This document shows, in pieces, positions 24,870 to 37,574 of a stretch of DNA of 64,000 nt. Under the pieces are notes generated by a model, which saw only the letters and a list, made by a program, of their open reading frames with translations, was not told the DNA's origin and made no database searches. Source of the stretch: Ruditapes philippinarum (Eukaryota). The translations under genes and the position numbers were made by a program. The stretch spans positions 1-64,000 of the forward strand of contig NW_026862604.1 in NCBI RefSeq assembly GCF_026571515.1, in the 5' to 3' direction. The stretch's first letter is position 1; each line of letters opens with the position of its first letter.

Positions 24870-27800
24870 GATCCTGCCGACCCTGAATTCAACGGAAGGT
24901 CACTATACATGCATCCCGACGCCTCCGATGCCGACTCCGGTGACGTAATCCTTACAGACGCCTCAAAATGTAAATGTACCTTATAATTTGTGTGGAACTA
25001 CTTTTCTTCCTAATGATTTGATAAAATATTACTTCTAATAGCGTCTAACATAACCCTAGTGACATAAATGTTATCATGTACCTTATTTTACACAGATTTT
25101 ATATCTTTCCAATAAAATAGATGATAGAACAAAACAATTGCTTCTAATTAAAAAGACAAATCTAACTGATAGCATTTACAATACGTTTCTATTTATATGC
25201 TATGGAACACGTGACACTGTCAGTGTGAGTGACGACGATTTCTATGGCGATCATCAACCAGGCTGCGAAGAGAAACCAGTAGCTGGCGCGATAGGAAGTG
25301 TGATTGGTGGATCAATTTGAGGTATACAATATCAATGTCAAATCCCGAAAATTCTTTATTTCACTGTGAATAAAACAGGCTCATTCAAATTGACCTCGTA
25401 CCATTTGCAATTTTGGCTTCATTTATGTTTCAACTACAAGAATTTAACATAAACAGCACAATGAGCCGGATGCTTACAAATTTTATTTCTAGATTATTTT
25501 AATATATATTTAATACATATTCAAAAGAAGAGAAATTTTGCAACAAAAATTTCAACAAAAAGAATGACGCAAAGTCTACTTTCTTATTTTTTCGCCATCA
25601 TCTTCCGAGAAATCTCGTTTTCTCAGGATTGATTGTTTGTAACAAGACAGAAACAAAGAAAAGGTCAGAGAAACGTGTAACATATTTATTAAAATATAGT
25701 TCATGTGTCTGACTTTTAACATTTTTATATGTGTACATGTAGAAGGATTGGTATATAGTAATTTATTACTTTAATTTTTTTTTTTTGGTTAACCGATAAA
25801 ATAATATACAGCAAAACCTATGAATAAGGCCACCAATAGTGGACACTGAACATAGCCTAAAAAGACATTCAAGTGTTTTGTTTTTTTTGGGACGTTACTC
25901 CGTTCAATTTATGCAATGACGGTTTGTCGAAGATTGATCATTATTCACTGCGTGATCTTTATTTGCAAGTGGTCTTTCACACAGTTTTGACTGTGTACAG
26001 AATATATTATAAATTGTATCCCAATGAAATAGTTTAAATTGTCATGCACTAACTTTTTAAAGATCTTGTAACTAATTTGTTATGGTTTTATAATTATCAT
26101 AAATATGATGCTCAAGTGAAGATTTATAAATATTGTAAGTTCAACAAAATATTTGTAACGATATTACCTAATTAAATTTCATGTAAATAAATTAGTTAAT
26201 TAGAAATCTATTTTCGGTAAAGTTTAAGCCAAATGTTTCAATAACAAATGAATGCATATATTTTAATGATTATTTAAACTGCGAATAAACATTGGCAGTA
26301 CATATTTATAAATATTCTTTGATATTTGGAAATTGTTTTAGAAGAATAATTACATGTATATACATTTATAAAATTTCACTTAACTGTTGTTACATTCTTT
26401 ATTATAATACAGAATCTTTATTGATATAAATCAGCGGTAAAATAACTGAACCGTTTAGGTCAGTACAATGTTAAGACATTACTTTATCATAGTATATTTT
26501 AAAAACAAATTCCACTTCTTGACAAGATAAGACCAACACCGATGTTTTTGTTTACAAAACTGCTGCTATGACACATGTCTTTACCCTCCAGGTATGATTT
26601 ACTAAAATCTAATTTCACAAATCTAGAAATGTCATATGTTGTACACAGCGATTTGATATTAACATCTGTCTTTTTAAGGAACTAGAATATTTCTGCTACA
26701 ACTCTTTTGTTTTCAATTACAGGCGCTGCCAGCTCGATAACATGTAGCCATTCTAGGTCAAGAGAGTTATTTATAGAATCTATAAATTCCAAATGTAAAT
26801 TTTACGCACATACTTGCCCCAGCGGCGACTCGTTTGAAGCAGGGGATTGTCTAGGTTGTCCAGCCGGCGGCTGTCCTGTCATGGGATACGATGCCGACCA
26901 ACAGAGTAGTCTAAGGGGGTCTTTCTATCTCAGCACTTCAGGACAAGCACCGTATTGTGGTAAGACAATCAAAACTAAACAAGCAAAAACAAAACCATTC
27001 GCATTGTTCAAGGTTTATGTCTGTATTATAGTCAAATATCTATAGATATAACATTCAAATAAGTTGCTCAAATACTATTTCCTGCAAGAATCTACATAGT
27101 TACTTTCTATCTTCAAGCGTAAACCGACTGTTTTGGTCAAACTTCTGTAATTAAGATTACTTGAAAACTTAAAAAAACTTTTATTTTTGTTTTATTTCAA
27201 ACAAGCGTATGCATTATGATTATTCTAAAAGTCTACATGTAATTTTTATCTAGAAGAAAATTAATAGGAGAAATAATTGGTAGATTATTTTGATCATGAA
27301 TGTTTTGAATGACTATAGGTCATGAGTATTTTATTGATATCAAGATGGCGGACAGGATGTTTCACACGTATGGAGAGTTTATTATAACTCTGATAGGAAC
27401 TAATGGAAAGTCTGAGCCACTAAAGTTTGAAAGGTAAGTCAAACCTTCTAAAACGTTTTTTAATAGATCTGTATTAAGAGCTTGCATGACATGACAAACT
27501 TACATTATTCTATGTTAAATAAATTTGTTTACTTAAAAATATAGTTGTCTAAATTAAAAGATATAGATGAGCATAAAAAGTGTTGATGGTATTGGTTATT
27601 TTTGCTCCATTAAAGAGTGGTTTAATTTTACTTTGACATAAATATGATTCTGGCAAATATAACACTTTAAAAGGAACAATAAAGTGGTTAATTTCAGCTT
27701 AATGCACACTTTTGACCACGGGAGAGAAGAGAAACACGTCATATCTACCCATACTGATATTGGGACTGTGACGTCAGTACAACTTCAATTTGTCAAATCA

Positions 27801-29091
27801 CGTGATCTTCATGGCCTGCTTGCGGTACCATCTGTCAGAGTACATAGTATAATAGTAGAACCTGCTGAAACTGCTCAGAAGTGAGTAATAATAATCGTAT
27901 TACCTTTTTACCGCTAGAGTATTTCTACAATCATGACAAAACATATACCAGTACAATATTTCTACATGACAAAACATATACCGGTACGGTATTTTTACAA
28001 TGACATTACATGTATGGTATTTCGACAATAATGATACAAACACCGTAACGATACTTACAATAACAATACATATACCGATAACGGGTATTTCTACAATGAC
28101 AATTCACATACTGGTACAGTATTTATACACTTTCAATACATATACCAGTACAGTATTTCTACAATGACAATACATATACCAGTACAGTATTTCTACAATA
28201 ACAATTCATATACCAGTACAATATTTCTACAATGATAATACATATACCCGTACAATATTTCTACAATGACATTTCATATACCAGTACAATATTTCTACAA
28301 TGACAATACATATATCAGTACAATATTTCTACAATGACAATACATATACCCGTACAATATTTCTACAATGACCATACATATACCAGTACAATATTTCTAC
28401 AATGACAATACATATAGCAGTACAATATTTCTACAATGACAATTCATATACCAGTACAATATTTCTACAATGATAATACATATAGCGGTACAGTATTTCA
28501 ACAATGACAATACATATACCAGCACAATATTTTTATAATTGACGATACATTTATCGGAACGGCATTTTTACAATGACAATATATAAAACAGTATGGTGTT
28601 TGCAAAATGACAATATATATACCATTACGGTATTTATACAATGACAATACACATATACATATAACGGTACAATATTTCAACAATGACAAAACATATACAA
28701 GTATGGTGTTTGTATAGTGACAATACACATATACCGGCATATATCTAGAATGGCAATGCATATATGTTATTTCTATGCAATGACAACTAAATGTATAAGT
28801 TACGTTTTTATAATCCTAGTGATAATAAATGTGTATTGTGTTTTAAAATAATATGTCATTATCTTATTTATAAAAATATTTAATATTTTGTGATAGTGCA
28901 CCATGTCCAATATCGAATAAAACAATTTCTGATTACCATTTATTTTATCATCTTTTGACTCTACATATTAAAGTTAAATGCATCGTTAAAAGTAAAAAGA
29001 CACATTTTCTTTCAGAACAACATTCTGTGCTCACGAGCATCGTTTTGTTTCCGGACATGCATCAACTGTGACGTCACACACCGGATGTTAA
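24870..29091 (+). pseudogene. Partial lipase duplicate, copy 2: decayed exon 3 (24870-24969) and exon 4 (~25199-25321); intact exons 5-8 (26723-26959, 27319-27433, 27698-27880, 29016-29091)
   Basis: Starts mid exon 3 (DPADPEFNG..). Exon 4 has lost its AG and the PNG motif and ends in TGA. Exons 5-8 splice in phase: GAASSITCSHSRS..APYC/GHEYFIDIKM..KFE/SLMHTFDH..AQ/KTTFCAHEHRFVSGHASTVTSHTGC*. Exons 1-2 (signal peptide, GHSLG) are missing. Confidence 0.85.
27915..28785. repeat. 34-bp minisatellite in intron 7 of lipase copy 2
   Basis: Tandem caatgacaatacatataccagtacaatatttcta units. Confidence 0.9.
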
Positions 29092-30495
29092 AGTATTCAA
29101 TTTAGTTGTTGACATATGCAATAGAAATCACATACGACTTTCTGTGTGCCATTTTTTATGTTTGAAAAATAATAGAAAATAAAAAATAAAACTTGTGTAA
29201 TTCAGTAATTAATTGTTTACGTGAAATTGTAATAATTGGCGCGAAATTTAAGATATAAGTTGGACACATCTCATTGCTGGTGATATAACAAAATGTTCAC
29301 CTGAGACAAGCGATGTTTACCGAGGAGAACATTTCATCCTATTATCATCAGTGGATATGACATTTATTTTATTATACCAATTACAAGCTTATACAAATAA
29401 ATGTTCAAGGTCGAGATCTCAAACATGGCTATATTATAAATAAATCCTATGAGGCATAAAGATAAGACCTATCATTTAGGTAGCAATGAAAACAATTAAG
29501 GTAAACGTTTTTTATGATAACACATGGTCGCTGACATCTTAACCTCTTGACCCTCACCTCTGTGGTTTCGAATCTCGTCAAGGAATTCGGATCCTTAATA
29601 TTATAAAACTATCCAACGTCGGTGATTCCGCTTAGGACCCCAATCATGCATGAATTGGTGCAAAAGGGGCACCTGAGGTTTTCCTCTGCTAGTTTTGGAA
29701 AGTTGCATTATATGTAGATAATATTGTAAATATGTTAAGTGAATATATCTATATTCTCATTCTGTTATTTATACATGTAGACTATAGGCCTATATCAGTA
29801 AATGTACAGTATGCCCATAAAACTATCCGGCTAGCTTACGGAACATTGGTGGTTCTGCATAGGATCCCGTTCGTGCATGAATTGATGCAGGAGGGACACC
29901 TGGTATCTTCCTCTGCTAGTTAAGCTGGAAAGTCGCCTTATATGTAGATAATATTGTAAATATGTAAAATGAATATTTCTATATTATCATTCTGTTATTG
30001 AAAATTAAAATAATTTCATAGTGATCTTCTAAATAAAATACCAAGTTTGCTTTTAAGCAGCTAAAAGAGGTATTTTAATGTCGTCATTTAAAGCAGTCTT
30101 ACACAAATGTTGACACTTATTTTAAAGTGTAATAATCGTATTTCATGTCATGCATGATTTATATTTTGGAAACCAGAATGAAAATGGAGCTCTGTTTCAC
30201 AAATGTCTTGGTTACAAATCTTGCATTTTTTTAAAAATCTGGTTATATTATAGGTATAGAGCGGTGTCATACCGGTATATGATTATACAGTCACATATAT
30301 TGATTTATCACACACCCGTGCCGATTATGCGACTTCGTGAAAATGGTATTGCACGGTCGTGCATATATTTTTACGTGACGTCATTAGCGTTATAGAAAAA
30401 CATACTGTAAAGACGCGATAAAATGTTATCGTTATACTATAGGCGCGTCAATGAAAAATGACTCTTATTTCACTTTAAACGGTCTTTATTTTGGG

Positions 30496-30657
30496 TATGT
30501 AATAAATAGAATTAAGTTCGTGTAAGTTCATTACTTAATTTATTGCACTCGTTGAATAAAATAAGATTATGCTCGCCAGAGGCTCGCATAATATAATTTT
30601 ATTCAACTCGTGAAATAAATTCAGTATTGAACTTACACTCATTCAATATCCTCTATA
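30496..30657. mobile_element. Foldback element with a central ctcgcc..ggctcg hairpin (related copies ~34722-34830 and ~43122-43200)
   Basis: gtgtaagttcattact..ctcgttgaataaaat..atgctcgccagaggctcgcat..attttattcaactcg..agtattgaacttacac; its end attcaatatcctcta is the reverse complement of tagaggatattgaat at 34724 and 43123. Confidence 0.6.
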
Positions 30658-31168
30658 TATTAGAATGGTTTATGCCTTAAGTGCCATAAGGTGTTATATA
30701 CGTGCTATTTTTAGGTGTTTAAGTTAAGGGGAGAAAGTTATAGAAACGACAGATATGGTTGACATAATTCTTTAGATCTGAATATTCTTAGAATAAAGAA
30801 TGTTTGAAAATAACATAATAAAGGATAATTATATTTTAAAACAATGAATACTTATATAGCTTATCGAGCTTCTTCCATGAAAGCCTGTATGCGTTAAGTC
30901 AAACATTTCGGACAGTTAAATGAACATTAAACATGTTAAAAGTGTTATGCACCCTTAATAAACAGTTATGACATGTACTATAGATGACAGCGACTTAACT
31001 TTAACGTGTGTCAAAATTATATTAAACCTATTCCCAGTGAACCAGGAAGTGTAAATAAACTTCTTTTCCACGAAGTCACACTGATAAAATATTTGCAGAA
31101 AAAAGAGGTCAATATATCTGTCGTTTGTACATAATATGTCATTTGACTGTGATTTGATACGCAATGTA

Positions 31169-31316
31169 NNNNNNNNNNNNNNNNNNNNNNNNNNNNNNNN
31201 NNNNNNNNNNNNNNNNNNNNNNNNNNNNNNNNNNNNNNNNNNNNNNNNNNNNNNNNNNNNNNNNNNNNNNNNNNNNNNNNNNNNNNNNNNNNNNNNNNNN
31301 NNNNNNNNNNNNNNNN
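31169..31316. other. Assembly gap (N run) covering the expected first-exon donor of TRIM-like gene 2
   Basis: Run of N. Confidence 0.99.
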
Positions 31317-32347
31317 TAAACGATTGATCAGATAAATATTTTAAACACTGTTACAATTGGTCTTTATTATCCATATATGTGGCAAAAGTTATTGTAATAA
31401 CATACTAAATCAGACCTCATACTTTTTGCACGTAACACTCACAGGCGATGGCACACTTGCCGTTGTGTGCCATCGCTTTAATGGTCAAATAATCATAAAA
31501 TAATCTCCATTTGATCACCAGTCTACTATATACATTTTGTACAACATATATACAAAATTTTTTACCGTGTCGGGAAATACCCTATGGACAGTTACATACC
31601 TTGTATATGTTGTTATAAATAGTAAACGAGAACTGGATAGTATTTTTGTCATTGATGATCAAATTATTAAATTACCGGTATTTGATGATAACTTGACCAT
31701 TAGGCATTTAATTAGTATTGGCAAGATAAATGTGCAGAACGCCTTTGGTTAAACTAAAAGTAATATTTAAGCAACTTATTGTGTTGAAACCAAAAGTTTG
31801 ATTATTCAAATAAAATTGATTGCAATATTTTTGGGTCATATAAAGATTTGATTTTTATTACTAGATGTGTAGAAAGTGTACAACAATGGTAAAATTATGA
31901 AATGTAAAATGAAAAGGCAATACATGTACAGGCAACGCGGGCAACTCGTTGTGTAATAACATATATACAATGACGTTTTAAATATTTCTAACAGAAGGTT
32001 TTGTTAAACTGAATTATCAATAATATATAAAAGCAAATAAACCAAAAAAACTTGAATTTTAATAAAAAGACCATAATAGTTCAAATATGCATACATTATT
32101 TTAAAATTCAAAACGTTTCTTGCGAATTTGAAATAAACGATATATAAGTTACTTGTAATTTTAAGATACAAAGAGGTGAATGTCATCTTAGCATACAATT
32201 TCAATGTGACATCATGATTAAGCACTATTGCATTGAGAGAAAAAAATAATTCAAAATTTGAATTCTCTTTCCATTTTCAGAAATAGACAAAGAAACAAAC
32301 AAAGAAGGAAGTAATTCAACTAAATAAAGATCAACATTAGGTAAGAC

Positions 32348-34132
32348 ATGGAGGTCCCAGGTCGAACACAAAACAGTCCACCAAAAGAAAGTGCAGTATT
32401 TTGTCAACCATGTAATAGTGACGGCGAAACGATAGTTGCCATTGGATACTGTCAAAATTGTAACGAGTATTTATGTGCAATATGTCTAAAAGTCCACCGC
32501 AAGCAAGCCGTGTCAAGAAATCATATTATTCTGGTTGGTGACAATATGCCCAAAGTATCACTTCCGGTTGTAACGCCAAACGCATGCTCTGAAATATGTA
32601 CCAAACACGAAAATGAAATAGTTAAATATTTCTGCATGTCACATGATGCCGTGGGTTGTGGAGATTGTATGATCATTGATCATAAATCCTGTAAAGTTGA
32701 TCGTATACAAGATATATCTTTAGAATATTTCAATGGCACTGAACACCAAAATATCCTAAAGAAGGTAGAGCAGTTTGTGAAAGATATCGATGAAATAAAA
32801 TTGGAGCTACAAGCCAGCGAAGGAAATACGAGACAAGCATACACACAAGCAATCAAAGATGTCAAAGCATTCAAGAAAGAAATCATCGATTATCTTAATA
32901 AGGCAGAAAGAGAAATGCTTGAAATGATAAACGAAAGGAAAAAGAAGAATGAGATGCTGATACAGGAACTAAAACAAGCAGAAAGTCATATTGGAAGAAA
33001 TATTAAGGAAATACAGACGAAATTACAGCTACAGGTAAACCAAGCGAATGAGTTGTTTGTTGAAGCAAAACAAGTAAAAGCAAAACTTAACGTTATTGAC
33101 GAAAATCTGAATAGGTTGAAAAAAGACATCAGCATTGATGTATATACATTTCAACATTCTTCTTCCATGGAGCAAATGGTCAAGTCTTGTGTTCCGCTCG
33201 GTGACATAGTTGATGGATCAAAGCAAAAGATCGAACAAAAGGCATCAAAACACGATTGTCTTGTTTCTAGCAAAGAAGTAACAGATCAAACTGGTTTAGA
33301 CAGGAAGAATATTTCTAAAATGGATGCTTATTTTGATTGTGAGATAAACATTAAAACACAAGATGATGCTTCAGATTGCTGTATTAGAAACTGTGCAGTG
33401 ATTTGCCCAAGTCAGATTATAGTCACTGATGCGAATAATAAATGTGTGAAATTAGTTGATGTCAATAACAAAGAAGTTTCAAAGTACAATCTTAAGTATC
33501 GTCCTACTGGTGCAGCAGTAGTAAATCCCAATCTGGTTGCTGTGACATTTCCTGATGATAGGAAGATACAATGTTTGACCATAACAACAGGTAATAAAAT
33601 CATTGAATGCGATATGATCAATGTCCGTAAAGGTTGTCACAAAATTGCAATCCATGAATATAAGATTATTGGTATAACCGACATTAGTGTTGAGATTATG
33701 AGTATGAACGGACAACTGATAAAATCTTTATCTGATCCAAATATGAAAAGGTTAATGGATATTGCTGTCGTACCAAGTTCACAGATGTTTTATGTCAGTA
33801 ATAGTTCATTGGGGTATAAGGCTGTTTTAAAATTCGATTTTGATGGCAATCTGATAGCAACATACCAGGACAAGGATCTGGTAGATGTGAGAGGATTAGA
33901 AGTAACAAAAGACGGTACAGTGCTTGTGTGTAACTGGGCTGGAAATGGCAGTATCCATATGATTACTCCTGACTGTAAAAAGATGAAAGAACTCTTGGAG
34001 AAAAATCAACACATTTATTGTCCATATTGTGTTACTTTCTGTAATGAAACAAATAAACTTTTTGTTGGAAACTATGCTTCAAATATTGACAAACAATTTA
34101 AAAACGTTTTGAAAGTATTTCAATTAAGGTAG
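32348..34132 (+). CDS. RING-less TRIM-like protein 2 (594 aa): B-box1, B-box2, coiled coil, NHL-type beta-propeller
   Basis: Intact single-exon ORF with two B-box Cys/His patterns, a heptad-rich middle and propeller blades (IIVTDANNKCVKLVD, DIAVVP..MFYVS, RGLEVTKDGTVLVCNW..SIHMIT, PYCVTFC..KLFVG). Acceptor at 32280. Confidence 0.92.
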   Translation: MEVPGRTQNSPPKESAVFCQPCNSDGETIVAIGYCQNCNEYLCAICLKVHRKQAVSRNHIILVGDNMPKVSLPVVTPNACSEICTKHENEIVKYFCMSHDAVGCGDCMIIDHKSCKVDRIQDISLEYFNGTEHQNILKKVEQFVKDIDEIKLELQASEGNTRQAYTQAIKDVKAFKKEIIDYLNKAEREMLEMINERKKKNEMLIQELKQAESHIGRNIKEIQTKLQLQVNQANELFVEAKQVKAKLNVIDENLNRLKKDISIDVYTFQHSSSMEQMVKSCVPLGDIVDGSKQKIEQKASKHDCLVSSKEVTDQTGLDRKNISKMDAYFDCEINIKTQDDASDCCIRNCAVICPSQIIVTDANNKCVKLVDVNNKEVSKYNLKYRPTGAAVVNPNLVAVTFPDDRKIQCLTITTGNKIIECDMINVRKGCHKIAIHEYKIIGITDISVEIMSMNGQLIKSLSDPNMKRLMDIAVVPSSQMFYVSNSSLGYKAVLKFDFDGNLIATYQDKDLVDVRGLEVTKDGTVLVCNWAGNGSIHMITPDCKKMKELLEKNQHIYCPYCVTFCNETNKLFVGNYASNIDKQFKNVLKVFQLR

Positions 34133-35290
34133 ATTTTAATTTCATAAGAAATCAAATGTCTGATGCAAAACAGAAATGGAAAAACAGTAATGGCTATGTT
34201 CAAAATATTATTGTTTAGTTGATACTTTAAATAATTGATACAAATGTTTTATAAATAAGAAGGCATTATAATAAAAGACACGTCTTGAAGAGAGAAAGAA
34301 AAATGCCAACAAAGACTTTAATTTAAGGATTTATTATTGTTACATACATGTATATACATTGTTAAATATATATTGCATATCTGTATATAATGTTGGACAT
34401 TTTTATTCAGTGCCTTATTTACCGGTAAGTACTCGTAGGCTTTTATTTGATGAAGAAGACAAAAAGAGTTACAGAAGTATACCTTTCAAGTAGAGAACTT
34501 TTGTGAGATACAGAACTTTCCAAATTGGCAGCTGATTTTGGGAGAAGTCATGACCTGATTTCAGTTCTTATATAATCATAAAATCAAACACCTCGCAGTG
34601 GTTACTTCCCCTAATCTGAACAGTATCTATGCCGAAGAATGAAGGGGAGATAACTGCATGGTGATTGCTATAAAGTTTTACACGCTTCACAATTATCCCA
34701 TATCTAACACATATGGCAATCAATAGAGGATATTGAATGAGTGTAGATTCAATATTGAATTTTTTGTACGAGTCAAATAAAATCATATTATGCAAGCCTC
34801 TAGCGAGTATAATATTTCTTCATTCAACGAGTTCATATTTACGTCAATAAACCAAATGACTCTAGAAAAATTACTTCTACGCTCAATGTAGTTCAATATA
34901 ATTTTATCAATTCCTTTTGTTATTGGCATGTTAGAATTGAAATATATATTAATTCTTCATACATGTCATACATCATAATATAATAATGCACGGCGTTTCG
35001 TTTAAATGCTTTATAATTAATCAGTCAGGCCTATCAATCTTCATTATCAAATTCCTAAACCTTTAAACTCGAATCGTACATTATTGTACAACAATGAACT
35101 CAGTAATTGATATCAATTGCGTAAATAGCACATACCTTGGTATTATATGGACATAAATACCAAACAGATAAGTTCTGTGCATAACAGCCAAAAATAATTA
35201 TTTACAGTAGAGTTTGGTATTTTTAAACATAATCGTCTAGATATGAATAACAAAATACATTTATCACGCAGGAATGTAATAAAATCTTAT

Positions 35291-36872
35291 AACAAGACAT
35301 GCCCATGGGCTGAATATCGATCCAACTCGTGTTAATTCAAACCTGATCTCATGGGCTTCAGATCAAGGAGAAGTGTGTATACATAGGTGAGATGTGCGCA
35401 AAACATCGTTTTGATACCCAAGGCAAAATATTGACATTGCAACATCCAAGGTGACCTTGACCTTTGACCCTGTGAGATTGACACAAAGTCTGATGATGAA
35501 CATTTGTGCCTAAAAACTAAATTTATGTTATTTGAAAATGCACGAAGAAGTTCTGACATGCACAAGTTTGGACGTACGCACACACAGACAAACATTTTAC
35601 AGCCATTTTGACAAAAATCCTCTGACCACTAAGTATTATAATTCAAAGCATAAGCAAGATACAGTGAAGACAAATTTTGATATTTTTTTTACCTTTGGCC
35701 TCTTGCGATCTTGACCTTCATTTTGCAAGACAAACTCATCTTACAATTGAAAACGTTTCTTCTAAGTTATATTAAAATATATCTATGTATATAGAAATAA
35801 TACTCACGAATGAATGTTTTCATTTGCTATTTGACATTTGACCCTGAAGTAAGACTTCGACCATTGCCACAGACACCTAAATTTTTCGTGCGACACTACA
35901 CCACACTATGAAAAACATATGTCCCAAGTTATATGAAAATCCCGCCACGCATGTAGACGTTATACTCCGGACAAGGGTTTTGCACCAACGACCCATGTGT
36001 GACCTTGACCTTTAAGCGGCGGACACGTGTGTTGCGTTTGGCTCACCACCCTATTATGTTGAACATTATATCAAACTCTTTTGTAATCCTTTAAAGAATG
36101 AGCAAGATATAGACCGGACAAATAAAATATATGGCAGGACAGACTGACGGGCGCATATACATCAAAAGTAAATGTGGCAGCTTAGTCGACCTGACCACAA
36201 GCGGGCTCAACAATTTAAAAATCCTCTGACCACTAAGCATAATACTTAAAATCATAAGCAAGATACAATGCCAACGAACAAATTTTGATATTTTTATTTG
36301 ACTTTTGACCTCTTGTGACCTTGACCTACATTTTGCGGAAAACAAAAACTCAACTCAACATGGAGAACGTTTGACCTGGAACTTTGACACAGGCACAACA
36401 ATATTTGGAGAACATTTGTACCAAGTTATATTAAAATCCAGCCACGCATGTAGAAGTTACGCTCCGGGCGCTTCTTTTGCACTGAATCCCAAGTGTGAAA
36501 TTGACCTTAGCGCAGAGGACCTGGATTTTGTGTGTGATACATCATCCTATCATGGTAAACATATGTTGCAAATTATTTTGTAACCCTTTAAAGAATGAGC
36601 AAGACATAGATCGGACAAATCTATACGAACTCTCGGACATAAGGAGTGTAAACATTCGGTATGTATGTATGTGTTTTTTTATCTTTCTGTGGCATGTTTA
36701 AACCAGTTAAACTACCACATAAACCTGTCGGTTTATAGGATTTTCTTCTTGAGCAACTAATATTGACGGAATGAAGCTCATTGAGCCCGGACTGACGCAC
36801 TGACGCACATACGCCGAATTATACGTCAAATGTGATGACTAAGTCGAGCTCACTGCAAACGGGCTCGACAAA
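35291..36872. mobile_element. Composite tandem-module repeat, Helentron-associated/pearl-like (truncated paralogue 45345-45915)
   Basis: Begins aacaag; contains repeated gtgaccttgacctt modules, ggacagactgacgg-type microsatellites and terminal hairpins (gtcgagctcactgcaaacgggctcgac). Family assignment is by architecture only. Confidence 0.5.
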
Positions 36873-37574
36873 AACGATGTTACATTTTATCTTGTCATTA
36901 CATTGATTTATGTTTATTAAGTGCAGGCCTGATCAATGTAGCTTCATATTTACCCTCAGCTTAATGAGATACCTCATCCTTACATATTGAAATGAAATTA
37001 ATAGGATGGAATATTTTACCTCTTACTAGTTTGAAAGTGTTAAACAGAGAATCTTTGAATCGAATATATGTTGTAACAGAAACCATCATATATTTTTAAC
37101 CGATGCAAAATTTCGTTTGAAAATATGAAGTTGTATTCCTTTGAATTGTGCCTATACATTTTGTGAAAACCAACTAATCATGGTGAATGAATGTAACATT
37201 TTAGTAGAAAAATATCAATTCACAATTAATATCAAAATAGAGGACGGGTGACTATACGCTTTATTTTAGTTGCCGATATAAACTCAACGGAAAGATGACT
37301 TGGAAGGTTTCAGTCTGATGTAATTCATATGTAAAACATAAACAAGATGAACAGAATAAGCATCAGTTCAGCATGATATCTTCTTGTAATTAAGGTGGTT
37401 ACCTGAATTTGGTGAAAGAGAAATTCAGTCTAAATCATAAAAATTCTTATGTTGTCTTGATAACTTCAAATGTTAAAATACAAAACAAAACAACAGAAAA
37501 CGTAACATCAGCAGCCTTTAATTTTATAACCTGTAACAAGTCTACACCAATGTGTAATTGTGAGGATTAGACTA

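Noticed and set aside
27915-28785. Regular ~34-bp repeats (and the 26-bp arrays) as a CRISPR-like array
   Set aside because: Head-to-tail units with no unique spacers, intronic eukaryotic context, no cas genes.
34122-34135. caattaag|gtagat at the TRIM stop as a donor creating a TRIM-PLAT fusion protein
   Set aside because: Weak donor; phase 2 does not match lipase exon 5 or 6 (phase 1); not conserved in gene 5; no supporting evidence.
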